Assembly: GCA_963703315.1 (NCBI GenBank)
Contig: OY969811.1
Location: 3,168,001-3,232,000, forward strand
Direction of reading: 5' to 3'
DNA from: an uncultured cyanobacterium
Lineage (GTDB): Bacteria > Cyanobacteriota > Cyanobacteriia > Pseudanabaenales > Pseudanabaenaceae
Length of the DNA: 64,000 nt
The notes beneath the pieces were generated by a model that was not told the DNA's origin, ran no database searches, and was given only the letters and a program-made list of their open reading frames with translations. A program made the position numbers and the translations under genes. This document shows positions 21,413 through 30,948 of this stretch, piece by piece. Position 1 is the stretch's first letter. Each line of letters opens with the position of its first letter.

Positions 21413-23644
21413 ATGACGATCAAGCGTAGAGATTTCTTAACTTTCTTGGGCGGTATGGGTGGAGCAATGCTATTTGATGCAATGCCTCGCAATCCTCATA
21501 CTTCCAGATTTTCCATGCCTTTCATTGGTTCTGAAACTAGTAATGAAGCTTTTGCCGCAACATCTTCAAAACTAAGCTTTAAACCAATTAAAGGCGTAAT
21601 GCCCCTAGTAACTGATTCAGTTTCTGCATCTAAACAGAGTCAAGTTTACAAAAATGTAGAAGTGATTGATGATTTAGTACTTCCTGAAGGCTTTGTTTAT
21701 GATGTAATCGCTGCATGGGGCGATCGCGTTGGCGACTCACGTTTTGGTTATAACAATGACTATCTATCTCTAGTGGAAACTAGTAAGAACGAAGGTTACT
21801 TGACAGTCAATTTTGAATATATTAGTGCCGTTCCTTGGGAACAAGCTTACGAGAAAGTGATCGGGAAATCTTTACCTTTTAAAGAAGTAGACTCAGCACT
21901 AAAAGCCTTAGACAAAAAAGATATCGATGCTTGGTCTTTAGTAGATAGCGATCCTCTCAAAGAGAAAATCGCGTTGATTTCTAAAGAAGCGATGATCGAT
22001 CTTGGTATTGGCGTAATTTCAGTACGTCGTAATCCTGACGGTAAATGGGTACGCACCAATTCCACCGCCGATCGCCGCATTACAGGTATCTCTGGTTTAG
22101 AAGATAATCGCTATCTCAAGTCAACGGGACCTGCCGTCGCCATTTTCCGCAAAGAGAAAGGCTTAGGCTATACCGATAAATTAGGCGATCGCATTATCGG
22201 CACATTCAACAATTGTGCAGGTGGTACAAGTCCTTGGGGAACTGTCTTTAGCGCCGAAGAGAACTATCAAAACTTTGTGCCAGAGCCAGTTATGCCCGAT
22301 GGTACTTCCCTTTCTCCTAGCAAGAAGAAGTTTACTAAGGATGATGGTGAACTCGTCGGCGTTGCTAATGTATTTGGCTTGGCAGGTAACAAATATGGCT
22401 GGATGGTCGAAATCGATCCTGCAAATCCCAATGACTACGGCACTAAGCACACTTGGTTAGGACGCTTCCGCCATGAAGCGGTGGGCATTCGTGCTGAAGC
22501 TGGTAAGCCCTTAGTGTTTTATTCTGGTTGCGATCGCCGAGGTGGACATCTTTATAAATTTGTCAGCACGGGCATTGTCAAAGATCCTAAAGATAAATCG
22601 AACTCTAAACTTTTAGAATCGGGAATGCTCTATGCGGCTAAATTTAATGCTGATGGCACAGGTAGTTGGATTGCACTAAAGCCTTCCACAGCGATCAATC
22701 CTCATAAATTGGATGTGCTTGGCGGCAAAATGCTACCACTTCCCCAACGTCCTGAAGGTGGAGTTTTCAAAGCAACCAAAGAAGAAGAGATTACGGAATT
22801 TAAGTCCAAGTTCAAGACTTTGGGTGATCTCTATACTGGCAGCGATCGCGAAAAGCAAGGGGCAATCCTGATCGATGCTCACTATGCCGCTAATGCCGCA
22901 GGGGCAACCTGTACGGCTCGTCCTGAAGATACGAAAGTTGCTGCGGATGGTTCTTTATTCATCGCCTTTACCTCTGGTTCTGCCAGTTCCAGTGATGGCA
23001 GTCCCGACTTACGCATCTTTAAAGGTGCAGATGGAAAAGCTTATGAATATGGCTGGCTCATGCGTCTCAATGAAGATGCTAATAAACCTGAAGCCATGAA
23101 TTTCAAATGGTCACTAATTGCTACAGGTGGTGAGCCAGCCGAAGGCGGGCTTGGTTTCTCAAATCCTGATAACCTAGCGATCGATCGCGGTGGCAATCTT
23201 TGGATGGTCACAGATATCTCTAGCGATAAATACAATCTCGCCATTCCTAGCCGTCAAGATAAATCAGAGAAACCCATCAGTCAATCCAACTTGCGCGGTT
23301 TGTACGGCAATAGTTCAATTTGGTTCTTGCCAACCTCTGGTGAAAATCTTGGTAAAGCGTACCTCTTTGGCTTTGGTCCAATGGAAAGCGAAACTACAGG
23401 TCCTTTCTTCTCCAACGATCAACAAACATTATTCCTGTCTGTGCAACACCCTGGTGAAGTACTGGGTACTCGTAAAGATATGGCGTTTGAGTCTCGCAAG
23501 TTTGCCATGAAAACTACTGATGGCAAAGAATTTATGCAAACCCGTAAAGTCCCCCTAGGTTCCAACTGGCCTACTCGCAAGCCAAATGATCCTCCTAAAC
23601 CTGCGGTAGTAGCGATCCGCAAGATCGATAACAGTTCTATCTAA
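21413..23644 (+). CDS. phoX: PhoX family alkaline phosphatase (Tat-exported)
   Basis: KRRDFL Tat signal; NCAGGTSPWGT..SAEEN, GRFRHE, RPED, NPDN and SVQHPGE motifs. Confidence 0.92.
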   Translation: MTIKRRDFLTFLGGMGGAMLFDAMPRNPHTSRFSMPFIGSETSNEAFAATSSKLSFKPIKGVMPLVTDSVSASKQSQVYKNVEVIDDLVLPEGFVYDVIAAWGDRVGDSRFGYNNDYLSLVETSKNEGYLTVNFEYISAVPWEQAYEKVIGKSLPFKEVDSALKALDKKDIDAWSLVDSDPLKEKIALISKEAMIDLGIGVISVRRNPDGKWVRTNSTADRRITGISGLEDNRYLKSTGPAVAIFRKEKGLGYTDKLGDRIIGTFNNCAGGTSPWGTVFSAEENYQNFVPEPVMPDGTSLSPSKKKFTKDDGELVGVANVFGLAGNKYGWMVEIDPANPNDYGTKHTWLGRFRHEAVGIRAEAGKPLVFYSGCDRRGGHLYKFVSTGIVKDPKDKSNSKLLESGMLYAAKFNADGTGSWIALKPSTAINPHKLDVLGGKMLPLPQRPEGGVFKATKEEEITEFKSKFKTLGDLYTGSDREKQGAILIDAHYAANAAGATCTARPEDTKVAADGSLFIAFTSGSASSSDGSPDLRIFKGADGKAYEYGWLMRLNEDANKPEAMNFKWSLIATGGEPAEGGLGFSNPDNLAIDRGGNLWMVTDISSDKYNLAIPSRQDKSEKPISQSNLRGLYGNSSIWFLPTSGENLGKAYLFGFGPMESETTGPFFSNDQQTLFLSVQHPGEVLGTRKDMAFESRKFAMKTTDGKEFMQTRKVPLGSNWPTRKPNDPPKPAVVAIRKIDNSSI

Positions 23645-23656
23645 ATTGTTATCCAA

Positions 23657-23689
23657 AGGAGATGGCGGCACAAAGTGTCGCCATCTCCT
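23657..23689. terminator. Hairpin between convergent genes
   Basis: AGGAGATGGCGGCAC-AAA-GTGTCGCCATCTCCT followed by a T-tract. Confidence 0.7.
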
Positions 23690-23717
23690 GTTTTTATTTA
23701 ACGGTATTTAATAAAAT

Positions 23718-24377
23718 TTAAGCTTCATCTTCAATCCCCAAAGCACGCAAACGTTCTGCTAAGCGATCGGCTCTTTGTTTTTCTTGTAACAATTGCTCTG
23801 AGACATCTTTGAGGTTAGTAAATTTCTTACCATCGGGGAAATAAAGCTCTAATTCTGTGCCAGTGAGATCAAAACGAATCCCTAATCTAGGACTGATCCA
23901 GCCATCGATTATATCAATCACTTCTAGCTCATTGCCGATGCGCTGCCATCCTGTAAGGTCAATGCAGCTAGGGTCGTACAGATAATATTCTTCAATACCA
24001 TAGCGCTCGTAAAACTTTAGCTTCTTTGCCATTTCGCTAGTTCTGTTCCCGGGGGAGAGAATCTCGAAAGCAACTTGAGGTGCAATACCATCCTCGAGCC
24101 ATTGCATATAGGAGCCACGCCTGCCTTTGGGTCTACCAAATACAACCATTGCATCAGGGGCAGTACGGATCGTATTGTTGCCCTCAATGGGATACCAGAG
24201 TAAATCACCCGCAACAAATACATTGGTGTCTTTTGCAAAGAGACATTCCAAGTTCTCTTTGATCATCACAATCCAATCAAATTGTTCGGTATTGTTGCTC
24301 ATTGGTAGCCCGTCATCGTCTGGATAAACAACTTTTGGAGAAGATGATGTTTGAGAAGGTGGCATTTGCAAAATCAT
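23718..24377 (-). CDS. Uma2/DUF820 family putative endonuclease
   Basis: YPDDDGLPM, APDAMVVFG, FEILSPGN and YGIEEYYLYDP motifs. Confidence 0.9.
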   Translation of the reverse strand: MILQMPPSQTSSSPKVVYPDDDGLPMSNNTEQFDWIVMIKENLECLFAKDTNVFVAGDLLWYPIEGNNTIRTAPDAMVVFGRPKGRRGSYMQWLEDGIAPQVAFEILSPGNRTSEMAKKLKFYERYGIEEYYLYDPSCIDLTGWQRIGNELEVIDIIDGWISPRLGIRFDLTGTELELYFPDGKKFTNLKDVSEQLLQEKQRADRLAERLRALGIEDEA

Positions 24378-24509
24378 CGTGCGACCTCAAATCTATGTAG
24401 TTGCCTATCTAGTATATAGCGGTTTTCATTGTGCCTACTGCAAAAAGCAACCCACAAACCTTTACTGTGATTGTTGTTTGCTTTGCAAAACGCTATCCCT
24501 TTTTTGTTT

Positions 24510-24551
24510 GACGGGCTGTCTTTTGACTATCAGAGCAAATACCGTCATGAT
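24510..24551 (+). promoter_or_regulatory. Candidate PetR box (GAC-N5-GTC) next to a sigma70-like promoter of petJ
   Basis: GACGGGCTGTC at 24510-24520, TTGACT at 24523-24528, a 17-nt spacer, then CATGAT at 24546-24551. Confidence 0.65.
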
Positions 24552-24654
24552 AGACGCAGACTAAAATTTAACTCGACTTTGCGGCTAAGCCGCGTAGGGC
24601 ATTAGCAAAGGCTTTGCCCTTATTTTTCGTAAATAAATAAGGACTACATAATTT

Positions 24655-24996
24655 ATGAAACGCATTTTTTCGATTCTCGCGATCGCCCTAACCATGTTGA
24701 TGAGCCTTACCTTCAGTCAGCCTGCTTTTGCTGAAGTATCCGCAGGTGCAAAAATCTTTAACAATAACTGCGCTCAATGTCATGCAGGTGGCAGAAATAA
24801 CGTAGTTGCCGCCAAAACCTTAAAAAAAGATGCCTTGGAGAAGTATGGCAAAAACACAGTCGAAGCGATCGCTATGCAAGTTACTAACGGTAAAGGAGCC
24901 ATGCCTGCTTTTGGTAAAAAACTCAGCCCTGAAGAGATTAATTTAGTGGCTAGCTATGTGCTTGAGCAAGCTGAGAAAGATTGGGCTAAGGGCTAA
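24655..24996 (+). CDS. petJ: Cytochrome c6
   Basis: Signal peptide, CAQCH heme motif, KTLKKDAL, GKGAMPAFG. Confidence 0.92.
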   Translation: MKRIFSILAIALTMLMSLTFSQPAFAEVSAGAKIFNNNCAQCHAGGRNNVVAAKTLKKDALEKYGKNTVEAIAMQVTNGKGAMPAFGKKLSPEEINLVASYVLEQAEKDWAKG

Positions 24997-25003
24997 AAAA
25001 ATC

Positions 25004-25032
25004 AGTCAAGCCTCGTACTACGAGGCTTGACT
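25004..25032 (+). terminator. Hairpin between petJ and sodC
   Basis: AGTCAAGCCTCGT-ACT-ACGAGGCTTGACT, without a long U-tract. Confidence 0.5.
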
Positions 25033-25060
25033 TAATCAATATGTTTTTTCAAAAACTTCT

Positions 25061-25735
25061 ATGAACCAAAGTAATTCTTCATCTCGACTTGTATCTAAAT
25101 TCTTAGTTTTACTATCTTGTAACACTATTACAGCGATCGCCACTACCGCGATCGCCATTGAGCCAAATGTAAAACCTAGCGCCAGTTCTCGTATTTTTAA
25201 TGTCAAAGGGGAGGAGGTTGGAACTGCTACTTTTACCCAAACCTCGGCAGGGGTAAAAGTGACGTTACAAGTACAAAAGCTCAATCCAGGGGAACACATG
25301 GTGCATTTACATGAAAATGGCAAGTGTGACGCACCAGACTTTAAGACTTCAGGGAATCATTTTGATCCCAAAGTTAATTCTAAAGTTGATCCCAAGAAAT
25401 CCGATGCTCAGCGCAATGAGATAAATCATCATCACAAGCATGAAGCCTCTAAAACTGAGAATGTTCACTCAGAAACGGCTCACACCGAAAACGCTCATCG
25501 TAACTCATCCCATAAACCTGCGGGTGACTTGCCAAATATTCTGGTTAAACAGGATGGGACAGGTACTCTAACAGCGACATTGCCTACTTTAACTTTGGGT
25601 ATGGGAAGAAATTCATTGCTCAAACAAGGCGGTACATCAATTCTCATTCACGCAGGGGCAAATGGTAAATCGACAATTCCCAATGTGGATTATAAAACTC
25701 GCATTGCCTGTGGAATTATTAAGCCACAGCCATAA
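25061..25735 (+). CDS. sodC: Secreted Cu/Zn superoxide dismutase-family protein with His-rich insert
   Basis: HMVHLHENGKC, SGNHFDP, AGDLPNI, ILIHA and RIACG motifs; signal-like N-terminus. Confidence 0.8.
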   Translation: MNQSNSSSRLVSKFLVLLSCNTITAIATTAIAIEPNVKPSASSRIFNVKGEEVGTATFTQTSAGVKVTLQVQKLNPGEHMVHLHENGKCDAPDFKTSGNHFDPKVNSKVDPKKSDAQRNEINHHHKHEASKTENVHSETAHTENAHRNSSHKPAGDLPNILVKQDGTGTLTATLPTLTLGMGRNSLLKQGGTSILIHAGANGKSTIPNVDYKTRIACGIIKPQP

Positions 25736-25752
25736 ATAGAAGGAAATCAATC

Positions 25753-26208
25753 ATGCTAGAAGTAGCTTCTACGTTACTAAGTTTTAGTCTTTCTATTCCT
25801 CATAGAAACTGGAATCATCATTTTGGAAATTTATCATCACCTGTTCTGATTGCCCATGAAGTGAGAACTTCTCAAGAAGTCGGTGGCACAATCCATATTG
25901 AGCCTAACGATCGCCCTGTGGCTGGCAAAAAAACTCGCATCTGGATCGCACTTACTAGACGTGGTGGCGAGGTTATTCCCTATAGTAAATGTAATTGTCG
26001 AATGGAAGTGCGATCGCTCACAGATCGTAGTATTCAATTTACGGTATCTGATTCTCTAGCCATTATTGAACGTTACTTGGGCTTACCGAGTCTAGAAGTC
26101 ACATTTCCACAGGTGGGGAGGTATGAGCTAAAACTAAGTGGTTCACCGAGAGGAAATACAGATTTTGCCCCCTTTGAATTGACTTTTACGACCAATGTGG
26201 GCAGATAG
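25753..26208 (+). CDS. Hypothetical protein, probably exported, with a beta-rich (Ig-like) fold
   Basis: AHEV...GGTIHIEPNDRP, CNC and VTFPQVGRYEL; co-oriented with tight spacing. Confidence 0.65.
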   Translation: MLEVASTLLSFSLSIPHRNWNHHFGNLSSPVLIAHEVRTSQEVGGTIHIEPNDRPVAGKKTRIWIALTRRGGEVIPYSKCNCRMEVRSLTDRSIQFTVSDSLAIIERYLGLPSLEVTFPQVGRYELKLSGSPRGNTDFAPFELTFTTNVGR

Positions 26209-26232
26209 GACGCAAAGCGCTATAAATAAAGA

Positions 26233-27441
26233 ATGCCAGAAAGAATACTAGATTTATTGCTTGTTGCCGCTTTAGGATTTTTGGGGAGCTTCGGTCATTG
26301 CGTAGGAATGTGTGGACCTTTGACTGTCGCTTTTTCGCTTTCAGGTAAAGAAAATCAGCCTAAAGCTTGGCAACGGCACTTATATTTCCATATATTGCTC
26401 AATCTTGGCAGAATTTTTAGCTATGCGATCGCGGGGGCGGCGATTGGGGCGATTGGCTCAGTATTGGTAGCTAGCGGACAGTTTGCAGGGATTGAAAGCG
26501 ATTTAAGGCGTTGGTTAGCAATTTTGACAGGGATTCTCTTAGTTTGGATGGGAATCATCCAGATTAAGCCCGAAGGTTTGCCAAATCTACCTTTTCTGAA
26601 TCCGATGGCAATAGTGTCCCTCCATCAACGTCTTAGTGCCGCAATGATGAACTTATCGCGGTATTCTCATCCCTTAACTCCTGCTTTGCTGGGCATGACA
26701 TGGGGATTAATTCCCTGCGGATTTCTCTATACAGCGCAACTAAAGGCAGCCGAAACTAGCAATATGTGGCAGGGAGCATTAACAATGTTGGCTTTTGGCA
26801 TCGGCACTTTACCATCGATGCTTGGTATCGGTGTATTTGCAGGTTTATTAAGCCGCGATCGCCGCAGTCAGTTATTTCAGATGGGCGGCTGGATTACGCT
26901 CACAATCGGCATATTGACGCTATTACGCACTAGCGACATGGTGGACTACACAGGTCATGCGGGTTTGATTTTGCTCATGCTTGCCCTTGCTGCCCGTCCT
27001 CTCAGTCAAATTTTTAAATCTTGGTCTAGTTTAATGACCTATCGCCGTGCGATCGGCGTTGGTGCATTTGTGCTATCCCTTGCCCATACCTTCCATAAGA
27101 TTGAGCATACTTTCCAATGGAACCTTGATGCTTTATCCTTTATGATTCCGCAGCACCAAATCTCGATTTGGCTAGGGGCGATCGCGATCACCTTGATGAC
27201 TCCCGCCGCCCTCACTAGTTCTGATTGGATGGTGACAAAACTCGGTAAAGCTTGGCGCTATTTGCATTTGCTCTCGGTTCCTGCGTTGATACTTGCATCA
27301 ATTCATACAATTGCGATCGGTTCCAATTATCTCGGTGCAGTGGAATGGACTCCTAAGAATTGGATTTTGACAATTTTATGTGGGGCGATTACCGTTGGGG
27401 TTTTGTTAATTAGATTTTTGAAATTTGGCGATCATAAGTAG
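26233..27441 (+). CDS. DsbD_2/TauE-SafE (UreH-like) membrane domain fused to a ferric-reductase-like TM domain
   Basis: SFGHCVGMCGPL and LIPCGFLY motifs; C-terminal YRRAIG..LAH, ALTS, W..LH and SIH heme-ligand pattern. Confidence 0.8.
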   Translation: MPERILDLLLVAALGFLGSFGHCVGMCGPLTVAFSLSGKENQPKAWQRHLYFHILLNLGRIFSYAIAGAAIGAIGSVLVASGQFAGIESDLRRWLAILTGILLVWMGIIQIKPEGLPNLPFLNPMAIVSLHQRLSAAMMNLSRYSHPLTPALLGMTWGLIPCGFLYTAQLKAAETSNMWQGALTMLAFGIGTLPSMLGIGVFAGLLSRDRRSQLFQMGGWITLTIGILTLLRTSDMVDYTGHAGLILLMLALAARPLSQIFKSWSSLMTYRRAIGVGAFVLSLAHTFHKIEHTFQWNLDALSFMIPQHQISIWLGAIAITLMTPAALTSSDWMVTKLGKAWRYLHLLSVPALILASIHTIAIGSNYLGAVEWTPKNWILTILCGAITVGVLLIRFLKFGDHK

Positions 27442-27509
27442 CTGGGCATAATTAAAAACCAGAGCCAAAACCTGTGGCGCACGTTCAGCGTGCGCCACAG
27501 GTTTTGGCT
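27435..27509. repeat. MITE-like repeat (TAAGTAGCTGGGCATAATTAA end plus CCTGTGGCGCACG hairpin), right end missing
   Basis: Nearly identical to 40445-40517. Confidence 0.8.
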
Positions 27510-27511
27510 AT

Positions 27512-29353
27512 TTAGATATTCTGCAACCAATTCTGTAAAACGACTAAACTCCACCGTCGATACCATTGTTGTCGCGGTAGGGGAATCTGACTTGGTACTT
27601 TGATATCCATAGTATATTCACTCCATTCATGATCAATCCATTGCTCAAAGGGAATTGTAAATCCCCGCTTTTTTCGACTAGTAATGTATTCGGGAATCTC
27701 TGGAATGGCACTAGTCAAAAGGCTCTTATTTCCTTGTAAACGGAGTGTGGCGGGAATCTGGCTTACTGCACTAAACAAATGACTATCGACAAAGGGAACA
27801 CGCAGTTCTAATCCCCATTTCATGCTCATAACATCACTATCACGCAATAGTTGATTTCGCATATAACGACTTAGCTCTAAATAGGAAACTTGATCTTCGA
27901 GGGTAGGGAAAGATAGAGAATGCTGATTTGTGATTGGTGTAGAATTTGTGATTTCAGTTGGTAAGCGATCGCTGGCATCATTGCCTAGATAAAACTGTAT
28001 AATTTGAGCAGCTTCCCAATCTGAAAAGACTCCGCGTACTAAGTTGTAGGAATTTTCGATAGAGTTTTCTTTGGTTAAGAAAGTCCCTAGTCTTCGATAT
28101 TTTGGAAACTTTGTAAGTCTTTCTAAACTATGACCAAACACACCGAAAAGTGAATCTAAATAAGCTATTTTTTGCCTCTGCTGAAATATTTTGGGGACAT
28201 TTTTAAACGTCCCATAGCCACCAAATAATTCATCTCCGCCTAATCCTGATAGGACTACTTTCATGTCATATTGAGAAGCTAGTCTTGACACGCAAAATGT
28301 ATTAAATCCATCGATAGTTGGTTGATCAAGCGATCGCCAATAATCTGGTAATAGACTTTTACCAATATTAGCCGTCAGTAGATATTCAGTATGGAATGTT
28401 CCAAATTCTTTCGCAACTTGACGCGCAATTTCTCCCTCGTTCCAGCGTTCTTCATTAAATGTAATTGAATAGGTACATAATTTATCCGCTTGAGTTTGAC
28501 GCGCGATCGCTACAATTGCCGTTGAGTCAATACCTCCACTTAAAAACACACCAACGGGTACATCACTAATGAAATGATGTTGGACGGTATCAATCAAAGC
28601 TAAACGGGTTTTGGAGATCGCTTCACTATTACTGATTGATTGATTATTTGATGAATGAATTAACTGTGACTCAAAGCTAATTTGCCAGTATTGTTGCTGC
28701 TGAAGTTTTCCAGCTTTCCATAATAAGTAACTACCTGCTTCTAGACACTTAATATCTTCAATGATCGTCCAAGGCTCTGATACGGAGCCATTGGTTAAGT
28801 ATGTATATAAACCAATCGAGCTTAATTGTTTAGGGACGATTCCTGTCGCTAAAATTGTGCGTAATTCTGAACCAAAAATTAAAGTTGAGCCTTGATACCA
28901 ATAGTAGAGTGGTTTAATACCTAGGCGATCGCGAGCAATAAAGCATACTTTCTCTAAGTCATCCCAAATTGCAAAAGCAAACATCCCTCTTAAAAAATCT
29001 AGACATTTTTCTTGATACTTGGCATAAAGTTTGAGAATGACTTCTGTATCTGTGCATGAAAAAAATGTTTCTCCTGCGCTCTCTAATTTTTGTCTTAATT
29101 CCATAAAGTTATAGATTTCGCCATTAAAGGTAATCCAATAACGTTGATTATGAATAGACATTGGTTGATGTCCATTTGCACTCAGATCAAGAATGGAAAG
29201 TCGGGTATGTACTAACGCAACAGTTTGATCTTTAGACAAATAAGCACCGCGATCATCTCCCCCTCGATGCTCAAGGTTAGTTTGCATTATTTGCATAAAT
29301 CGCTCAATCGAAGGACGAAATGATGTGTTTAAGACACCAGCGATTCCACACAT
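27512..29353 (-). CDS. asnB: Asparagine synthase (glutamine-hydrolysing)-family amidotransferase
   Basis: MCGIAG N-terminal Cys, NGEIYNF, RDRLGIKPLYY, FLSGGIDS, SGLGGDELFGGY. Confidence 0.9.
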   Translation of the reverse strand: MCGIAGVLNTSFRPSIERFMQIMQTNLEHRGGDDRGAYLSKDQTVALVHTRLSILDLSANGHQPMSIHNQRYWITFNGEIYNFMELRQKLESAGETFFSCTDTEVILKLYAKYQEKCLDFLRGMFAFAIWDDLEKVCFIARDRLGIKPLYYWYQGSTLIFGSELRTILATGIVPKQLSSIGLYTYLTNGSVSEPWTIIEDIKCLEAGSYLLWKAGKLQQQQYWQISFESQLIHSSNNQSISNSEAISKTRLALIDTVQHHFISDVPVGVFLSGGIDSTAIVAIARQTQADKLCTYSITFNEERWNEGEIARQVAKEFGTFHTEYLLTANIGKSLLPDYWRSLDQPTIDGFNTFCVSRLASQYDMKVVLSGLGGDELFGGYGTFKNVPKIFQQRQKIAYLDSLFGVFGHSLERLTKFPKYRRLGTFLTKENSIENSYNLVRGVFSDWEAAQIIQFYLGNDASDRLPTEITNSTPITNQHSLSFPTLEDQVSYLELSRYMRNQLLRDSDVMSMKWGLELRVPFVDSHLFSAVSQIPATLRLQGNKSLLTSAIPEIPEYITSRKKRGFTIPFEQWIDHEWSEYTMDIKVPSQIPLPRQQWYRRWSLVVLQNWLQNI

Positions 29354-29417
29354 TCGCGTCTCCTCTGAAAAATGAAAGCCTCTATATAGAAATCCTACAG
29401 TTCTTTGTCCTGTCCTA

Positions 29418-29531
29418 ATAGCAAAAAAAGAGTTAGCTAGTACAAACTAAAAACCAAGAAGAGAGTTGCGGCGCGGAGCGCCGCAACTCTCTTCTTGGTT
29501 TTTTGTCCTAAGCCAAACTTTTTTTGCTATA
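29418..29531. repeat. MITE-like palindromic repeat (GAGAGTTGCGGCGC family)
   Basis: Perfect central stem with a GC-GGA-GC loop; outer ATAGCAAAAAAA...TTTTTTTGCTAT inverted ends. Confidence 0.75.
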
Positions 29532-29685
29532 TAACAATTAGGACTTACGCAAGGGCGTTGTCCATATTCATAATGACAGTCAAGAATATGATATTTGTTG
29601 AATTCTATACCTGTAATTACTTGCGATCGCGTAATCCTGTAACTAAATTTATGGCTTTCTGGATTATGCGATCGCCAAGGTTAAA

Positions 29686-30669
29686 TTAATACAAGCGATC
29701 TAGAACGTAATTAGTCAAACCAATGAGGGATTGCTTAGGTGCAGAAGATGGCAGCCACTCGATCGCCGTTAGCGCGGACTTAACATGACTCTTTGCAAGT
29801 TCACGCGATCGCGCAATGCCTTCACTGCTATAGACCAGTTCTAAGGCTTTCTCAAGATCACCTTCTTCACTAAATTCGCGCTCGATCAATCCCCGCAATT
29901 GAGGATATTCCTCTAGTGCATACAAAACAGGTGCTGTCAAATTACCCTGCTTGAGGTCGGAGCCTGCGGGCTTACCCAAAGTCTCAGTCGAACTGGTGAA
30001 ATCGAGAATGTCATCGACAACTTGAAAGGCGATCCCAAAATGCTTGCCAAAATTAAATAGTTGTTCAGCCTGAACTTGACTCACGCCACTGAGTACCCCC
30101 GCCGCCTTCGCACTACCCGCCATCAGAGATGCAGTCTTATAAAAGCTTTTCTCTAAATAATCATCAAAGGTCAAGCCACTGTCAAAAGCAGTCAGACTCT
30201 GACGAATTTCACCTTCAGCAAAATCGGTAATCACTTTCGACAAGAGCTTAACTACTTCGAGGTGATCGAGATTTGCTAAATACCAAGATGCTTGAGCAAA
30301 TAGGAAATCCCCAGCTAGTACGGCAATACGATTACCAAAACTGCTGTTGACCGTTGGCATACCACGTCTAAGTTCGGCGGAGTCAATTACATCGTCATGT
30401 ACCAAGCTGGCAGTGTGGATCATTTCGGTGATCTCGGCGAGGCGGCGATGGCGTGAGGTGATGTCGCGATCGCTCATGGTCGCACGGGAAACTAGCAAAA
30501 CTAAGGCTGGGCGCATACTCTTGCCCTTCGCCTCAAATAAATGCTCAGCCGCAGCGTACAAAATTGGATGTCTTGCCCCTACCAACTGCTTCAAATTATC
30601 CGTGAGCGTACGCAAGTCATCTTTGACTGGTGCAAAAAGTTCGGTGACAGAAGTAGTTGGAAGGCTCAT
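29686..30669 (-). CDS. sds: Solanesyl (polyprenyl) diphosphate synthase
   Basis: HTASLVHDDVID and FQVVDDILD aspartate-rich motifs; KSFYKTASL. Confidence 0.9.
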   Translation of the reverse strand: MSLPTTSVTELFAPVKDDLRTLTDNLKQLVGARHPILYAAAEHLFEAKGKSMRPALVLLVSRATMSDRDITSRHRRLAEITEMIHTASLVHDDVIDSAELRRGMPTVNSSFGNRIAVLAGDFLFAQASWYLANLDHLEVVKLLSKVITDFAEGEIRQSLTAFDSGLTFDDYLEKSFYKTASLMAGSAKAAGVLSGVSQVQAEQLFNFGKHFGIAFQVVDDILDFTSSTETLGKPAGSDLKQGNLTAPVLYALEEYPQLRGLIEREFSEEGDLEKALELVYSSEGIARSRELAKSHVKSALTAIEWLPSSAPKQSLIGLTNYVLDRLY

Positions 30670-30948
30670 GCGAATAAACCAGTTTTATATCAATTTTTAC
30701 ATATCTTCATATATTGTATGAGTAATGTTGTAAGAGTTGAAGACAGACTAAGTTTGTTTTCTTGATGGTTATGGTATAGATGCTTGTAAATAGCTGATAA
30801 TCTGTACCTACTACTCCTTTAGCCAGAAATTTTTTGGCGATCGCTAAATCAGAAAGTAGCGCGTCGTGTTGTACTGCTTTCTGGGCATCGCAATAAGATA
30901 TATTATTTAACAAATCGTAATCCAATCGTATAGATGGAACTTTGACTA

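Noticed and set aside
24379..24564. 61-aa Cys-rich ORF upstream of petJ as a metallothionein-like peptide
   Set aside because: GTG start with no RBS, and it overlaps the divergent promoter region; probably a chance product of TG-rich DNA.
27512..29353. asnB as a lasso-peptide cyclase
   Set aside because: It has an intact N-terminal Cys glutaminase domain and there is no precursor, protease or RRE gene nearby.
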